NCBI GenBank assembly: GCA_963750165.1
Contig: CAVVPN010000011.1
Span: forward strand, 1,216,001-1,280,000
DNA from: an uncultured Gemmataceae bacterium
GTDB lineage: Bacteria > Planctomycetota > Planctomycetia > Gemmatales > Gemmataceae
Length of the DNA stretch: 64,000 nucleotides
Reading direction: 5' to 3'
The translations under genes were made by a program, and so were the position numbers. Positions 1-11,256 of the stretch are shown piece after piece; within the stretch, counting starts at the first letter, position 1, and each line of letters starts with the position of its first letter. The notes under the pieces were generated by a model, which saw only the letters and a list, made by a program, of their open reading frames with translations, was not told the DNA's origin and did no database searches.

Positions 1-2844
1 ACCAGCACCACCACCGCCGTCTACAACGCCACCAGCGCCCTGACGCTCGGGCCGGCGCCGCAGAACCCCAGCACCCTGCCCCTGAGCGGCAGCACCGTCA
101 GCCCCTTCGTCACCAACGTGGACAACTACTTCAGCGTCGTCGGCCACAGCGGCACCGAGGGCTTCCCGGCCAACACCACGGCCACGGCCGGCGGCACCGT
201 CACCATCCCCATCAACTTCAGCAACGGCCCGGTTCCCTTCGACATCGCCGCCGTCGATAACGCCATCAAGTTCAACCCGCTGCTGCTGCAGGTCACCAAC
301 GTCACCGTCGGCAGCCTGCTGATGGGCTTCAGCCTGACCACCAACGTGGATAACACCAACGGCGTGCTGCGCACCAGCGAGTTCACCGCCAACGAGGCGG
401 CGGTCAGCGGCGGCCAGGTCGGGGCGGTGCTGCAGATCACCTTCGCGGTCAATGGCTCGGCCAGCGGTAGCATCCCGCTGTACATCCTGCAGTCCTACAC
501 CGACAGCAACAACACCACGACCACGACCGCGGTTTACGACGACAACGGCGCCATCACGCTGACGCCGGCGCCGCAGGGCACCGGCAGCAACCCCGTGTTC
601 GTGACCGGCGTGGATGGCAACCTCAACATCGTGGTGCAGCCCAACCAGCCGCCCTACGCCAGCCTGCCGGTGCCGGCGGTCATCCCGGAGGCGCTGTTCA
701 ACCCGGCGGCCCACGCCGGCCTGCAGACGGTTACGCCCAACACCGTGGCCTTCTCCGCAGCCACTGGCGACGCCATCATCGTGACCGACAGCGACTACAC
801 CGCGAGCGGCTCCCCCGAGACGACGACGCTGACCCTGACCGGTTCGCCGGCGGGCACCTCGAGCGGCCCGGTGGGCACGCTGACGGCAGCGGCCAGCGGC
901 CAGGCCATGGTCAGCGGCGGCGGCACGCAGCCGCTGGTCATCACCGGCAGCCCGAGCGACATCACGGCCACGCTCAGCAGCCTGGTGTACACGCCGGGCC
1001 CGGGCTTCTTCGGCACGGCGACGCTGACGGTGAGCACCACCGACAACGGCAACAGCGGCTACGGCGGTTCGCTGACGGATGTCCGCTCCACGAGCATCAC
1101 CGTGGTCGGCCTGTTCCTGAGTGAGATCGACACACTCAAGGGCAACACGACCAACCCCAGCCAGTACATTGAGATCTTCTCGACGGTGCCCAGCTACACC
1201 ATCCCGCCGGGCGTGTACCTGACGGGCATCAACGGGGTCTCGGGCAGCACGCCGGCTGCGGGTGTGCTGGCCGACATCTTCAACCTGAGCGGTTTCACGA
1301 CCGGCAGCAACGGCTACCTGGCGCTGCTGCAGAAGAACGAGAAGTACAGCAGCGGCGGCTTTGAGGTGGCTGGTGGCAACCAGCTGGACAACAGCGGTAC
1401 GGGGGTCGGGTTCGGCAGCGGTAACACGAGCAAGTTCGGCACGGTCACCGGCGTGCATACCGGCAGCACCCGGCCGACCGGCCAGCTGGCCACCGACATC
1501 CTCCTGACGGGGGCGGAGAGCTTCCTGCTCATTCAGACGCCGACGGCGCCGACGACGACGACGAACATTGATCCGGCCAACACTGGCAACCCGAGCAACC
1601 AGACATCGGCGTACAACGGCTGGAACGTGCTGGACTCGGTGGGCATCCTGGACAGCGCCAGCACCAGCCACGCGTACGCGGCGATCACCTTCAAGCCGAC
1701 GGGGGCGACCGGCACGACGCTGGCGGGCTCGAACGTGGTGAACACGGGCACCTGGGTGGCGAACTACGTGGGCCGCATCGCCCAGAACACCGGCAGCAGC
1801 GGCGCCGACTGGCTGGGCAGCGTGGTCACCGGCACGCCGAGCAGCGGCATGTTCTTCCTGGGGAGCCCGAACAGCACGGCGTTCGCGGGACAGCCGCTGA
1901 ACAGCATCGGCGGGCCGAACGACTGGGCGCCGCAGTTAACGGTGGCGGTGAACGACGACAGTTCCAACCAGCACTCGCAGGTGGCGGAGCTGACGCTGAC
2001 GTTCAGCACGCCGGTGAACATCGTCGATCTGGCGAGCGACTTCGTGCTCAAGGATGCGTCGGGCAACCCGCTGAGCATCAACGTCAGCGACCCGGTCAGC
2101 GGGGCGACCACGGAGGGGGCCAGCGGCCCGGTGCCGGACAGCGGAGCGACGCAACTGTTCGTCACCTTCAACGCCGACGCGACGCACACGTTCAACTTCA
2201 TCACGCCGTACCTGGACCAGTTCGGCAACACGCTGACGGTCGGCTTGGTGGACGGCAACTACTTCCTGAACACGAAGGTGGCCGACATCAGCGCCGCCAG
2301 CAATAGTGCGGTGCTGCTGGACGGTGCCAAAAACGGCATGAGCGGCAGCACGACAAGCGGGACCGGCAACCTCAACGGCAACGGCGTCAACCAGGTGGAC
2401 GAGTTCTGGCGGCTGTTCGGCGACACGGAGGGGCGGCGGCAGGTGGATGGTGTGGACACGACGAACTTCCGCACGGTGAACGGCGTGACCCAGGAAACCA
2501 GTGGGATGACGGCGGGGATCACGGCGGCGAGCGAGTCGAACAACACGGTGACGATCACGACCTCGGCGCCGAGTGGTTTCCTGATGGGCGAGATCGTGAA
2601 CATCGTGGGTCTGCCGGCGGGGTACAACGGCTCGTTCGTGATCCTGTCGGTGAACGGCAACACGTTCACGTACATGGCGCCGACGAGCGGTCTGACGGCG
2701 GTGACCAACCCGACGGGGGCGGCGGCGACGCTGAACTCGTACCAGTGGTATCTGGACTACAATGAGGACGGCAACATCGACGTGGGCAACACGCTTGAGC
2801 AGACCCAGCTGATTAACCGCCTGTTCACGCAACTGCCCGCGTGA
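1..2844 (+). CDS. 3' part of a large extracellular protein (cohesin-like domain, Ig/cadherin-like domain, lamin-tail-like region, FCCH-like insert, C-terminal planctomycete dockerin-like segment); starts upstream of the window
   Basis: Frame is open from base 1 (TSTTTAVYNATSALTLGPAPQ...) to TGA at 2844. Thr/Gly/Asn-rich. Cohesin-like GTVTIPINF...AVDNAIKFNPLLLQVTNVTVGSLL; C-terminal FWRLFGDTEGRRQVDGVD...WYLDYNEDGNID. Confidence 0.8.
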   Translation, partial: TSTTTAVYNATSALTLGPAPQNPSTLPLSGSTVSPFVTNVDNYFSVVGHSGTEGFPANTTATAGGTVTIPINFSNGPVPFDIAAVDNAIKFNPLLLQVTNVTVGSLLMGFSLTTNVDNTNGVLRTSEFTANEAAVSGGQVGAVLQITFAVNGSASGSIPLYILQSYTDSNNTTTTTAVYDDNGAITLTPAPQGTGSNPVFVTGVDGNLNIVVQPNQPPYASLPVPAVIPEALFNPAAHAGLQTVTPNTVAFSAATGDAIIVTDSDYTASGSPETTTLTLTGSPAGTSSGPVGTLTAAASGQAMVSGGGTQPLVITGSPSDITATLSSLVYTPGPGFFGTATLTVSTTDNGNSGYGGSLTDVRSTSITVVGLFLSEIDTLKGNTTNPSQYIEIFSTVPSYTIPPGVYLTGINGVSGSTPAAGVLADIFNLSGFTTGSNGYLALLQKNEKYSSGGFEVAGGNQLDNSGTGVGFGSGNTSKFGTVTGVHTGSTRPTGQLATDILLTGAESFLLIQTPTAPTTTTNIDPANTGNPSNQTSAYNGWNVLDSVGILDSASTSHAYAAITFKPTGATGTTLAGSNVVNTGTWVANYVGRIAQNTGSSGADWLGSVVTGTPSSGMFFLGSPNSTAFAGQPLNSIGGPNDWAPQLTVAVNDDSSNQHSQVAELTLTFSTPVNIVDLASDFVLKDASGNPLSINVSDPVSGATTEGASGPVPDSGATQLFVTFNADATHTFNFITPYLDQFGNTLTVGLVDGNYFLNTKVADISAASNSAVLLDGAKNGMSGSTTSGTGNLNGNGVNQVDEFWRLFGDTEGRRQVDGVDTTNFRTVNGVTQETSGMTAGITAASESNNTVTITTSAPSGFLMGEIVNIVGLPAGYNGSFVILSVNGNTFTYMAPTSGLTAVTNPTGAAATLNSYQWYLDYNEDGNIDVGNTLEQTQLINRLFTQLPA

Positions 2845-2884
2845 GTCCCGCCCCGGCGGGTGACCCTCCGACTGTTGAAAACGC

Positions 2885-2924
2885 CAGGGGCCTCACGCGG
2901 TTCGTGAACCGCGTGAGGCCCCTG
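2885..2924. terminator. Perfect GC-rich hairpin between convergent genes (probable bidirectional terminator)
   Basis: caggggcctcacgcggttc-gt-gaaccgcgtgaggcccctg lies between stops at 2844 (+) and 2969 (-). Confidence 0.6.
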
Positions 2925-2968
2925 ACGTTCCGGCCTCGCGCCACGGGCGGCACGGGGCCGGCGCTGCG

Positions 2969-3409
2969 TTAATCCAGACGGATCGCCGGCACCGTGGTTC
3001 CTTCCGCGTCCTCCTTGACCTGCACACGGATGCGCGACGCTTTGGGGTCGGCGTAGCGGCCCGCCAGGTGATCGACTTCTTCTTCCTTGCCCGGCAACGG
3101 CTTGCCCCACACGACCGTCACCGCGTATTCGCCCACCGGGGCGCCGTCATCCGTTTTGTAAGTGGTGAGCCGGAAGGAGCCGTCCTTCTGCACGGTGCCA
3201 CGCGGATAGCCCTTTGGCCAGAGTTTGCTGTCCGCATCGCGAACGGGCGTGAAGACGACCAGTGCCCCGACCGCCGGCTGCTTCTTGACGAAGACCTGTC
3301 CGCTCACCGGAAACACGGGCTTCTGGTCCTCGCCGCCGCCGCAGGCGGAACAACCCAGCGCCAGCAGCACGCCGAACAGCGCACCGCGGCACGACGAAAA
3401 AACGTTCAT
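2969..3409 (-). CDS. DUF1559-associated lipoprotein (carboxypeptidase-regulatory-like fold)
   Basis: GAAGGAG RBS before ATG 3409; lipobox-like LALGCSACGG; PVSGQVFV...GALVVFTP...DGSFRLTTY..DDGAPVGEYAVTVVW...RYADP..S is typical of the small gene that follows DUF1559 genes. Confidence 0.8.
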   Translation of the reverse strand: MNVFSSCRGALFGVLLALGCSACGGGEDQKPVFPVSGQVFVKKQPAVGALVVFTPVRDADSKLWPKGYPRGTVQKDGSFRLTTYKTDDGAPVGEYAVTVVWGKPLPGKEEEVDHLAGRYADPKASRIRVQVKEDAEGTTVPAIRLD

Positions 3410-3505
3410 GTTGCTCCTTCGTGAGAGCACCCCGCGAATGCGTGGGCCACGTGGAACCTGGAGCGGACCTCGGGGCGCCGGGCAGCGCCCCAAAAATCGC
3501 GACCC

Positions 3506-4427
3506 TCAGTCCGTATTCGTATTCACCTCGCCGCCGGCGCGGGTGATCAGGTTGGAGACCAACTGATCGCTCAGGCCGGAGCTGAGGAAGCGCACGGAGG
3601 CGTCGGCGAAGACGACGTTGGCGCCACCGGAGTGGAAGCTGAAAATCTCATTGTCGTTGGTGCAGTTGATGGAACACGAGCCGGGGTTGGTCGCGCCGTC
3701 CGCCGTGAAGGTGTGGGTGATGTACTCTGCGTTGCGATCCGCCCAGCCGCCGTCGTTCTGGCCGAGGCCAAGATACTTGTTCCCAGTGCGGTACTGACCG
3801 GGGCGGCCAGCGTCCTCGGCGATCACCAGCGTGTTGGAGGTGCCGTCGCGGATATCGATCATGCGGCACAGGAAGTCCACCGCCATGATGCCGGCACGGT
3901 TGGCCACCGGCTGCACCAGGCCGATATTGATCGGGCCGGTGTCGATGGCGTTGTCCGGCGCGTAGTCGCCGGCGACCACCAGGATGTTGTTGGAAGTGTA
4001 TGTCCGTTCGGACAGCGGTACCGAGGGGCAGGTCATGACCGACAGCGGCTGTCCCACCACCGGTCCGTTGGCGGGGTTGTTCCAGCTGATGTTGAAATTG
4101 TACCGATTGTACAGGTTCTCCTGCTCCAGGCTGCGGCAGGATGAACACCGCCCAGCCGTGCACGACGCCGCCCGGGATGCCGAGACGCGCATTCGCCTGG
4201 GTGATGCCGCCTGGCGGGAAGAACTTGTTGGTGCCGACGTAGTTGTGCAGGGCCTTGCCGATCTGGCTGAGGTTGTTCTTGCACTGGGTGTTGGCTGCCG
4301 CTTCCCGGACCTTTTGCACGGCGGGCAGGAGCAGGCCAATCAGGATGGCGATGATGGCGATGACCACCAGCAACTCGATCAGCGTGAAGCCGCGATAGCG
4401 ATTTCGTCGGGTGTGGGTCAAGGTCAC
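3506..4427 (-). CDS. DUF1559 prepilin-type N-terminal cleavage/methylation protein (one frameshift near 4130)
   Basis: [33 protein letters not shown]...CKNNLSQIG in one frame; LEQENLY...IRDGTSNT...[19 protein letters not shown] in the next. Junction ILPQ/LEQ at cagcctgg. Confidence 0.9.
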
Positions 4428-4689
4428 AGCGTCTTCCTTGGGAACATGGAGGGTGGGTTGTAAGAAGAGAGGAATAGTAGCCCGCCAGGAAGAGCGTTTG
4501 GTGAGGGCGACGCAAAGATCTCCGGAAGATGTCGATCCGACGGTATGCCTGAATCTTCACCCGTTGTCGTCCGGCGCGAACGCCGCCTCGTCGCGCATCA
4601 GGGCGAAGCGCTCCCGCAGCGCCCCATCGCTGCCAGCAGGCCGGGTCGTGGACCGACAGGTTCAGCGCAGCCTGGCGCAAGGCCGTCAC

Positions 4690-4990
4690 GGTGAAAGGAG
4701 ATGCCCCAGGAGACCTCGCCCCAATTCCAGGCGGCCTGGTTGAACAGGCGGAAGGCGCGGGAGTGGTCCTCGGCGGCGGCGCGGCCGGTGGTCTCCCAGA
4801 GCCATGAGAGGGTGCGGCGGCCGAGGCAGACGACCCAGGCGGCGAAGACCTCGGGGCGGAAGCAAGGACATGGGGGCTCTAGCAGAGCGGCGAGGCTGGG
4901 GGTAAGCTGAACCATGAGCAGGCCCTCCCGGCATTGGTACGACCGTGGATGTGACCTGTAGCGATCATACCAAACCTCCAGCCGTGGGCC
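4690..4990 (-). mobile_element. Degenerate IS701-like (DDE) transposase N-terminal remnant
   Basis: ATG 4915: MVQLTPSLAALLEP...AAWVVCLGRRTLSWLWETTGR...DHSRAFRLFNQAAWNWGE resembles planctomycete IS701-like transposase starts, then similarity stops. Confidence 0.6.
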
Positions 4991-5075
4991 AGCTCTTGCT
5001 ATTTCCCTTGTCCGTTGTAAATGCCAAACTCTAGTCAGAGGCAAGGAACGGCCTGGTGAACAGGATACATTGGCC

Positions 5076-6218
5076 ATGAAAAAGAAAACACTGTTTGTCG
5101 GCATCGCGCTGGCGCTGTCCGTCGCCGCCGGTCTGGGCTACTGGTGGAGCCTGAACAAACCGCCCCAGGGGCTGAGTCTGCCCGGCGTGGTCGAAATTCA
5201 GGAAGTCCGGCTGGCCAGCAAGGTCGGCGGTCGCGTGGCAAAGATTGCGGTCGCGGAGGGCGATCTGGTGTCGCCGGGCCAGCCGCTGGTGTACTTCGAG
5301 GTGCCCGAACTGCTGGCCCAGCGCGACCAGCAGCGGGCGCGCTACGAACAGGCCGTCAAGAACTACGAGAAGGCCGTCAGCGGGCCGCGGCCGCAGGAGA
5401 AGGCGGCGGCGCAGGCGGCGGCCGCGGCGGCACAGGCGAAGTACGAACGCCTGAAGGCGGGCTATCGCACGGAGGAGGTGCAGGCGGCCCTGGAGGATTG
5501 GCGGAGCGCCGAGGCGGACTTCGATCAGGCGCGGAAGGACCTGGTTCGGGCCGAGGAGCTGTTCCACATCAAGGGGGTGTCGAAGGCGGATTACGATGTC
5601 GCGCAGGCGGGGCGCGATCGCACCCGAGCCCGGACGCTGTCCGCCAAGGCGCGGTACGACATGCTCAAGGCCGGTTACCGTCCCGAGGAGATCGCCGAGG
5701 TGCTGCAGCAGTGGGTGCAGGCCCAGGCCAACGCCGAGTTGCTCGAAGCCGGCACCCGCGTGGAAGACATCTACATGGCCAAGGGGCGGATGGACGAGGC
5801 CAGGGCCAAACTGGACGAGCTGGAAGTCAACCTGAAAGAACAGGTCGTGTACGCCCGGGAGCGGTCGGTGGTTGAGGTGCTGGCGGTGCGCCAGGGCGAC
5901 GTGGTGCCGGCCAACCAGCCGGTGGTGCGCGTGCTGCGGGCGGAGGATCTGTGGGTCAAGGTGTTCGTGCCGGAGACGGAGCTGGGCAAGGTGCGGCTGC
6001 ACCAGCAGGTGGAGGTGACCGTGGACGCCTACCCGGAGCGACGCTTCCAGGGCGAGGTGATTCAGGTGGCCTCGATCAGCGAGTACACGCCGCGCAATGT
6101 CCAGAGTGCGGACGAGCGCCGCCATCAGGTCTTCGCGGTCAAGGTGCGCGTCGCCGACCCGCAGGGCGTCTTCAAGTCCGGCATGGCCGCCCAGGTCTGG
6201 CTGCCGCTGGCCGATTGA
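5076..6218 (+). CDS. HlyD-family membrane fusion protein (YbhG-like)
   Basis: N-terminal [29 protein letters not shown]; long coiled coil; [25 protein letters not shown]. Confidence 0.92.
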   Translation: MKKKTLFVGIALALSVAAGLGYWWSLNKPPQGLSLPGVVEIQEVRLASKVGGRVAKIAVAEGDLVSPGQPLVYFEVPELLAQRDQQRARYEQAVKNYEKAVSGPRPQEKAAAQAAAAAAQAKYERLKAGYRTEEVQAALEDWRSAEADFDQARKDLVRAEELFHIKGVSKADYDVAQAGRDRTRARTLSAKARYDMLKAGYRPEEIAEVLQQWVQAQANAELLEAGTRVEDIYMAKGRMDEARAKLDELEVNLKEQVVYARERSVVEVLAVRQGDVVPANQPVVRVLRAEDLWVKVFVPETELGKVRLHQQVEVTVDAYPERRFQGEVIQVASISEYTPRNVQSADERRHQVFAVKVRVADPQGVFKSGMAAQVWLPLAD

Positions 6219-6229
6219 TCAATGTGTCG

Positions 6230-6273
6230 GAGCCCGAGCGCCAGCGCGGGCTCGGAAAGCGCTCGGGCTCGGA
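6230..6273. repeat. Intergenic palindromic REP-like element (gagcccgagcgccagcgcggg family), partial copy
   Basis: Same arm sequence as the full palindrome at 42216-42279. Confidence 0.6.
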
Positions 6274-6288
6274 AAGAAAGGGGGTGAC

Positions 6289-7230
6289 ATGGCCGCCAAC
6301 CCGCAGCCGGTGATCGAGATCGACGACATCACCATCCGCTTCGGCACCTTTACCGCCGTGCAGCACGTGAGCCTGACGGTGACGCAGGGCGAGGTCTTCG
6401 GCCTGCTCGGCCCGAACGGCTCCGGCAAGACGACGCTGATCCGCGCGTTGTGCGGCCTGATCCGCTTCAGCGCCGGCCACGCCCGCGTCTTCGGCCAGGA
6501 TGTCGCCCGTCACGCCGAGGAGATTCGCGGCCGCATTGGCTACATGTCGCAGAAGTTCTCGCTCTACGAGGACCTGACGGCCCTGGAGAACATGGACTTT
6601 TACGCGGGCATCTACGGCCTGGCGCGGGCGGAGGCTCGCAGCCGCAAGGCAGAGTTGATCGACCTGACCGGCCTGGCTCCGTACCTGGACCGCCGTGCCG
6701 GCCGGCTGTCGGGCGGCTGGAAGCAACGGCTGGCGATGGCCTGCACCCTCCTGCACCGGCCGCGGCTGGTGTTCCTGGACGAGCCGACCGCCGGCGTCGA
6801 TCCGGTGGCCCGCCGCGAACTGTGGGACCTGCTGTTCCGCCTCGCCGCGGAGGGCATCACGCTGCTGGTGACGACGCATTACATGGACGAGGCCGAGCGC
6901 TGTGGCCGCGTCGGCTACCTGTATCTGTCGCGGCTGCTGGCGGTCGGCACGCCGGGCGAACTGCGGAAGCTGCCGCTCGTGACACCGCCGGACACGCGCC
7001 GTCTGGAGATCGTCAGCGGCGACACCGCGGCGTTGCTGGAGCGGTTGCGGCACACGCCGGGCGTGCGCGAAGCGACCATCTTCGGCCAGGCCGTCCACGC
7101 CCTGGTCGATGCTGGGCGCACCGACGAGCAGCTCGGCCTGACCGGTGTCCGCGTGCTGCCGGCGGAGGCCAACCTGGAAGACGTGTTCGTCACCCTCTCC
7201 CGCGCTCAGAACGCCCGGGCCGCGTCGTGA
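6289..7230 (+). CDS. ABC transporter ATP-binding protein (YbhF-like)
   Basis: Walker A GPNGSGKT, signature LSGGWKQR, Walker [17 protein letters not shown]. Confidence 0.95.
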   Translation: MAANPQPVIEIDDITIRFGTFTAVQHVSLTVTQGEVFGLLGPNGSGKTTLIRALCGLIRFSAGHARVFGQDVARHAEEIRGRIGYMSQKFSLYEDLTALENMDFYAGIYGLARAEARSRKAELIDLTGLAPYLDRRAGRLSGGWKQRLAMACTLLHRPRLVFLDEPTAGVDPVARRELWDLLFRLAAEGITLLVTTHYMDEAERCGRVGYLYLSRLLAVGTPGELRKLPLVTPPDTRRLEIVSGDTAALLERLRHTPGVREATIFGQAVHALVDAGRTDEQLGLTGVRVLPAEANLEDVFVTLSRAQNARAAS

Positions 7231-7295
7231 ACCCGTGCTTGACTCCCCTCTCCCCCTGAAAGGGGCGAGGGGAGGACGAAAATAAGAGATCCGCC

Positions 7296-8411
7296 ATGTC
7301 CGGACTGTCGCTGCAGCGCACACTGTCGATCGCCCGCAAGGAGCTGTACCACATCCTGCGCGATCCGCAGGCACTGTTCTTCACGCTGTTCGTGCCGGTC
7401 GTGGAGCTGTTCCTGCTCGGCTTCGCCATCGAGACCAACGTCCGCCATGTGCGCACGGTCATCCTCGACCAGGCGTGTACGCAGGAGAGCCGGACGCTGC
7501 TGCGGAGCTTCGAGAACTCCGATGACTTCCAGGTCGTCGAGATCGTCCGCACGGATGAGGAACTGAACCGGGCCATCGTCGCCGGCCGGGCACGCGTCGG
7601 CGTCAAGATTCCGCACGACTTCTCGCAGAAATTGCTGGCCGGCCAGACCGCCCAGCTGCTGGTGCTGGTGGACGGCAGCGAGTCGAACATCGCTGCGGAG
7701 GCGCTCAACGTCAGCAACGCCCTGGCGCTGCGCGCGTCGCTGGAGCGGGCGCTCGGCGACCGGGAACTGCCGGTCGATTGCCGGCCGCGCATCCTGTTCA
7801 ACCCGGACACGAAATCGGCCTTCTTCTTCATCCCGGGGCTGATGGTGGTGATGACGCAGATGATGACGACCATGCTGGCCTCGAACGCCCTGGTGCGCGA
7901 GAAGGAGAAGGGCACGCTCGAGCAGCTGTTCATGACGCCAGTGCGGCCGACCGAGCTGATCGTCGGCAAGATGACGCCGTACATCGCCGTCGCCGGCATC
8001 GATTTTTGCATGATCGCGGTGCTGATGCAGGTGATCTTCGGCGTGCCGATCCGCGGCGCCTTCCTGACCCTGCTGGCGCTGGCGCTGCCGTTCATCCTCA
8101 CGATGCTCGGCGTCGGCATCTGGATTTCAACGAAGGCGGAGACGCGCGAGGCGGCGACGCAGCTGTCCATCGGCACCATCCTGCCGTCGGTGTTCCTGTC
8201 GGGCTATGTGTTCCCGTCCGACTCGATGCCGCTGTTTTTCAGCTACGTCTCCAAGGTGATCCCGACAACCTGGCTGATCGATGCGTCGCGCGGCGTGATC
8301 CTGCGCGGCGCCGGCTGGTCGGATTTGTGGGTGCATGCCCTGGTGCTCTGGACGATGGCCGTCGTCATGGTTGCGGCCAGCGCCTTCAAGTTCCGCAAGC
8401 AGGTAGGGTGA
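7296..8411 (+). CDS. ABC-2 type transporter permease (YbhR/YbhS-like)
   Basis: RKELYHILRD start; FNPDTKS..FFIPGL; VREKEKGTLEQLFMTP; LSGYVFP..SMP; multiple TM helices. Confidence 0.93.
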   Translation: MSGLSLQRTLSIARKELYHILRDPQALFFTLFVPVVELFLLGFAIETNVRHVRTVILDQACTQESRTLLRSFENSDDFQVVEIVRTDEELNRAIVAGRARVGVKIPHDFSQKLLAGQTAQLLVLVDGSESNIAAEALNVSNALALRASLERALGDRELPVDCRPRILFNPDTKSAFFFIPGLMVVMTQMMTTMLASNALVREKEKGTLEQLFMTPVRPTELIVGKMTPYIAVAGIDFCMIAVLMQVIFGVPIRGAFLTLLALALPFILTMLGVGIWISTKAETREAATQLSIGTILPSVFLSGYVFPSDSMPLFFSYVSKVIPTTWLIDASRGVILRGAGWSDLWVHALVLWTMAVVMVAASAFKFRKQVG

Positions 8412-8496
8412 CGCACCGCTCCCGATTGCACGACGGACTGATATAACAATGGATTGCATTGCGCCCCCGACACACACAGTTGCCGAGGCTCTCCCC

Positions 8497-10599
8497 ATGC
8501 GCTATTGCCCCATCCTCCTGCTCGTGCTGCTCGCCGGCCCCGCCCGGACGCAGGAAAAACTCGACGTGCTGCCGGCCGACCCGGCGCCGCGCAAGCTCCT
8601 CTACCGTTATCTCCAGGCCGAGGCCCAGAAGCACCTGGACGCCCGCCGCGCTGAAGTCGCCGCGCTGAAGACGCCCGCGGAGGTCAAGCAGCGGCAGGAG
8701 CGGTTGAAGGCGAAATTCCTGGAGGCGCTCGGCGACTTCCCCGCGAAGACACCGCTCAACGCGAAGGTGATCGGCGTCGAGAAACGCGACGGCTACCGCG
8801 TCGAGCGCATCATCTACGAGAGCCGGCCACAGCACCACGTCACCGCGACGCTGTACCTGCCGGAAGGCAAGGGGCCGTTCCCTGCCGTGCTGATGCCGAT
8901 GGGCCACGACGCCAACGGCAAGGCCGCCGCCAGCGCCCAGCGCGGCTGCATCCTGCTGGCCAAAAACGGCATCGCGGCCATGCCCTACGACCCCATCGGC
9001 CAGGGCGAACGCCGGCAGCTGCTCGACGCCACCGGCAAGCCCGCCATCCCGAGCAGCACCAGCGAGCACACCATGGTCGGCGTCGGCGCCCTGCTCATCG
9101 GCCGCAACACCGCCAGCTATCGTGTCTGGGACGGCATCCGCAGCCTGGACTACCTGGCCAGCCGGCCGGAGATCGACGCGAAGCGTCTCGGCTGCACCGG
9201 CTGCTCCGGCGGCGGCACGCTCACGTCGTACCTGATGGCCCTGGACGAGCGCATCGTTGCCGCGGCGCCGTCGTGCTACATCACCTCGCTGGAGCGGCTG
9301 TTCGCCACCCTCGGGCCGCAGGACGCGGAGCAGAACATCACCGGCCAGGTCGCGTTCGGCATGGACCACGCCGACTACCTGACGATGCGAGCGCCGCGGC
9401 CGACGCTGATCTGCGCCGCGAGCCGCGACTTCTTCGACATTCAGGGCACCTGGGCGTCGTTCCGCGAAGCGTCGCTGCTGTACGGCATGTTGGGGCACAG
9501 CGAGCGCATGGCCCTGGCGGAGTTCAACACGACGCACGGCTATCCCAAACCGCAGCGCGAGGCAATGGCCCGCTGGATGCTCCGCTGGCTGCTGCACAGG
9601 GACGATGCGGTTACCGAGGGCGACATCGCCATCGTCAGGGATCGCGAGCTGCAATGCACGCGCAGCGGCCAGGTGCTGGAGGATTTCCAGGGCAGATCGG
9701 TCTTCCACCTCAACGCGGAGCGCGAAAAGCAGCTGGCAGGCCAGCGCGAGCAGCTGTGGGGCAAGCGGTCGCCGGACGAACTGCGCAAGGCGGTGCGTGA
9801 CTTGATCGCGCTGCCGGCGAAGATCAAGCCGGCCGAAGTGAAAGTCAGGGGCGTTGTCGCAGACCGTGACGGCTACACCATTCGCGAGGTCATTTTCGAG
9901 ACGGAACCAGGCATCCAGGTGCCCGCCCTTTATTTTGAGGCGCCGGGCGGTGAGAAACATCAGATGGTGCTGTACGTCAACGGCCAGGGCAAGACGGCCG
10001 ACGCTGCCCCGGGCGGACCAATCGAGAAACTGGTCAAGGCCAAGCAGCGTGTGCTGGCCCTGGACCTGCGCGGCTTCGGCGAGACGGCGCCGGGCAAGCC
10101 GCCCGCCAAGGGCGCCAACTACTTCGGCACCGACTTCAAGGAGGCGTTCCTGGCGCTGCACCTGAACCGTCCGCTGCTGGGCCAGCGCGTCCTTGATCTG
10201 TTGGCGGTGGTCGGAACCGTGACCGACAAGGACGAAAAGAACCGACCCCTCGTCATCGGCGTCGGCACCGCCGGCCCAGTGGTCCTGCACGCCGCGGCCC
10301 TCGACCCGCGCATCAAGCGGGTAACGCTCGTCAATTCGCTGCTGTCCTGGTCGTCGGTGGTGCGCACGCCGATCAGTCACAACCAACTGTCCAACGTGGT
10401 GCCCGGGGCGCTCAAGGTCTACGATCTGCCCGACCTGGCGGCGCTGGTGGCGCCGCGGCCGCTGACGGTGCGGGCGGCGACGGACCCGCGCAACCAGCCC
10501 GTCGGCCAGGCCGAGGTGACCCGAGCGTTCGAGCGCGGCCGGGCGGCGTACCGAGCCCTGAAGGCCGAGAAAGCGCTGGTGCTGCAAGGAAATCCCTGA
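8497..10599 (+). CDS. Secreted acetylxylan-esterase-like alpha/beta hydrolase (tandem hydrolase domains)
   Basis: Signal peptide; PAVLMPMGH; DPIGQGER; GCTGCSGGG nucleophile elbow; second degenerate domain with DLRGFGET. Confidence 0.85.
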   Translation: MRYCPILLLVLLAGPARTQEKLDVLPADPAPRKLLYRYLQAEAQKHLDARRAEVAALKTPAEVKQRQERLKAKFLEALGDFPAKTPLNAKVIGVEKRDGYRVERIIYESRPQHHVTATLYLPEGKGPFPAVLMPMGHDANGKAAASAQRGCILLAKNGIAAMPYDPIGQGERRQLLDATGKPAIPSSTSEHTMVGVGALLIGRNTASYRVWDGIRSLDYLASRPEIDAKRLGCTGCSGGGTLTSYLMALDERIVAAAPSCYITSLERLFATLGPQDAEQNITGQVAFGMDHADYLTMRAPRPTLICAASRDFFDIQGTWASFREASLLYGMLGHSERMALAEFNTTHGYPKPQREAMARWMLRWLLHRDDAVTEGDIAIVRDRELQCTRSGQVLEDFQGRSVFHLNAEREKQLAGQREQLWGKRSPDELRKAVRDLIALPAKIKPAEVKVRGVVADRDGYTIREVIFETEPGIQVPALYFEAPGGEKHQMVLYVNGQGKTADAAPGGPIEKLVKAKQRVLALDLRGFGETAPGKPPAKGANYFGTDFKEAFLALHLNRPLLGQRVLDLLAVVGTVTDKDEKNRPLVIGVGTAGPVVLHAAALDPRIKRVTLVNSLLSWSSVVRTPISHNQLSNVVPGALKVYDLPDLAALVAPRPLTVRAATDPRNQPVGQAEVTRAFERGRAAYRALKAEKALVLQGNP

Positions 10600-10895
10600 C
10601 TGACAACCAGCGCGTGCTGCCGCTTGCGGCGTCGCGCGCTCCCGCCCAACAACCGGCTGCCACAATCGTTAGTGAGAGCAAGCGACGTATTCCCGCACCG
10701 GCCGCCCCCCGGTTTCCTCAAAAGGCGCAAGACAGGATGAATACTCCTTCACACTGAAACCGAGATAACCCAGGGTGGTACTACTGGATGAGGCCAGAAC
10801 GCCCAGGTACAGTCGGAACCCGGAAGCAGGTCCGGCCGAGGCGCTTCTCGGAGCGCACTTTTCGCAGTCCCTGCGTTTATCGAGCCGATAACCGA

Positions 10896-10923
10896 TTGAC
10901 AAGGATTAATTCTTACTCATAAT
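10896..10923 (+). promoter_or_regulatory. Candidate sigma-70 promoter for the giant surface protein gene
   Basis: TTGACA (10896-10901), 16-nt spacer, CATAAT (10918-10923) in a conspicuous AT-rich patch; a second TATAAT at 10949-10954. Confidence 0.6.
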
Positions 10924-11256
10924 AAAAACTTACAATCTGGCCGCCGGTTATAATTGGTGGAAATTAACGGAACGGCGCGGGGGACGGAACAACCCCCAGC
11001 GCATTCACACAGAGAAGGCCCCCCCAGAAACAGGCCAATCCTGGATCTCACGAACAGGCGCCGCGGCCACACGCCGCCAACGCCACTGACCATTATCCAC
11101 GGCCGCCTCAGTACGAATGTCTGAGGCACCGAGTCCTGCCCTGGTTCGGGGCAGGTTACCCGCCCTGGCGTCGTACTCCCCGGCTCTCCCTCGGCCCCCC
11201 CGTGCGCGCGGGTCCTGGTGAACAACACCCTGGCTGTCCAACTTGCAAGGATTCCA

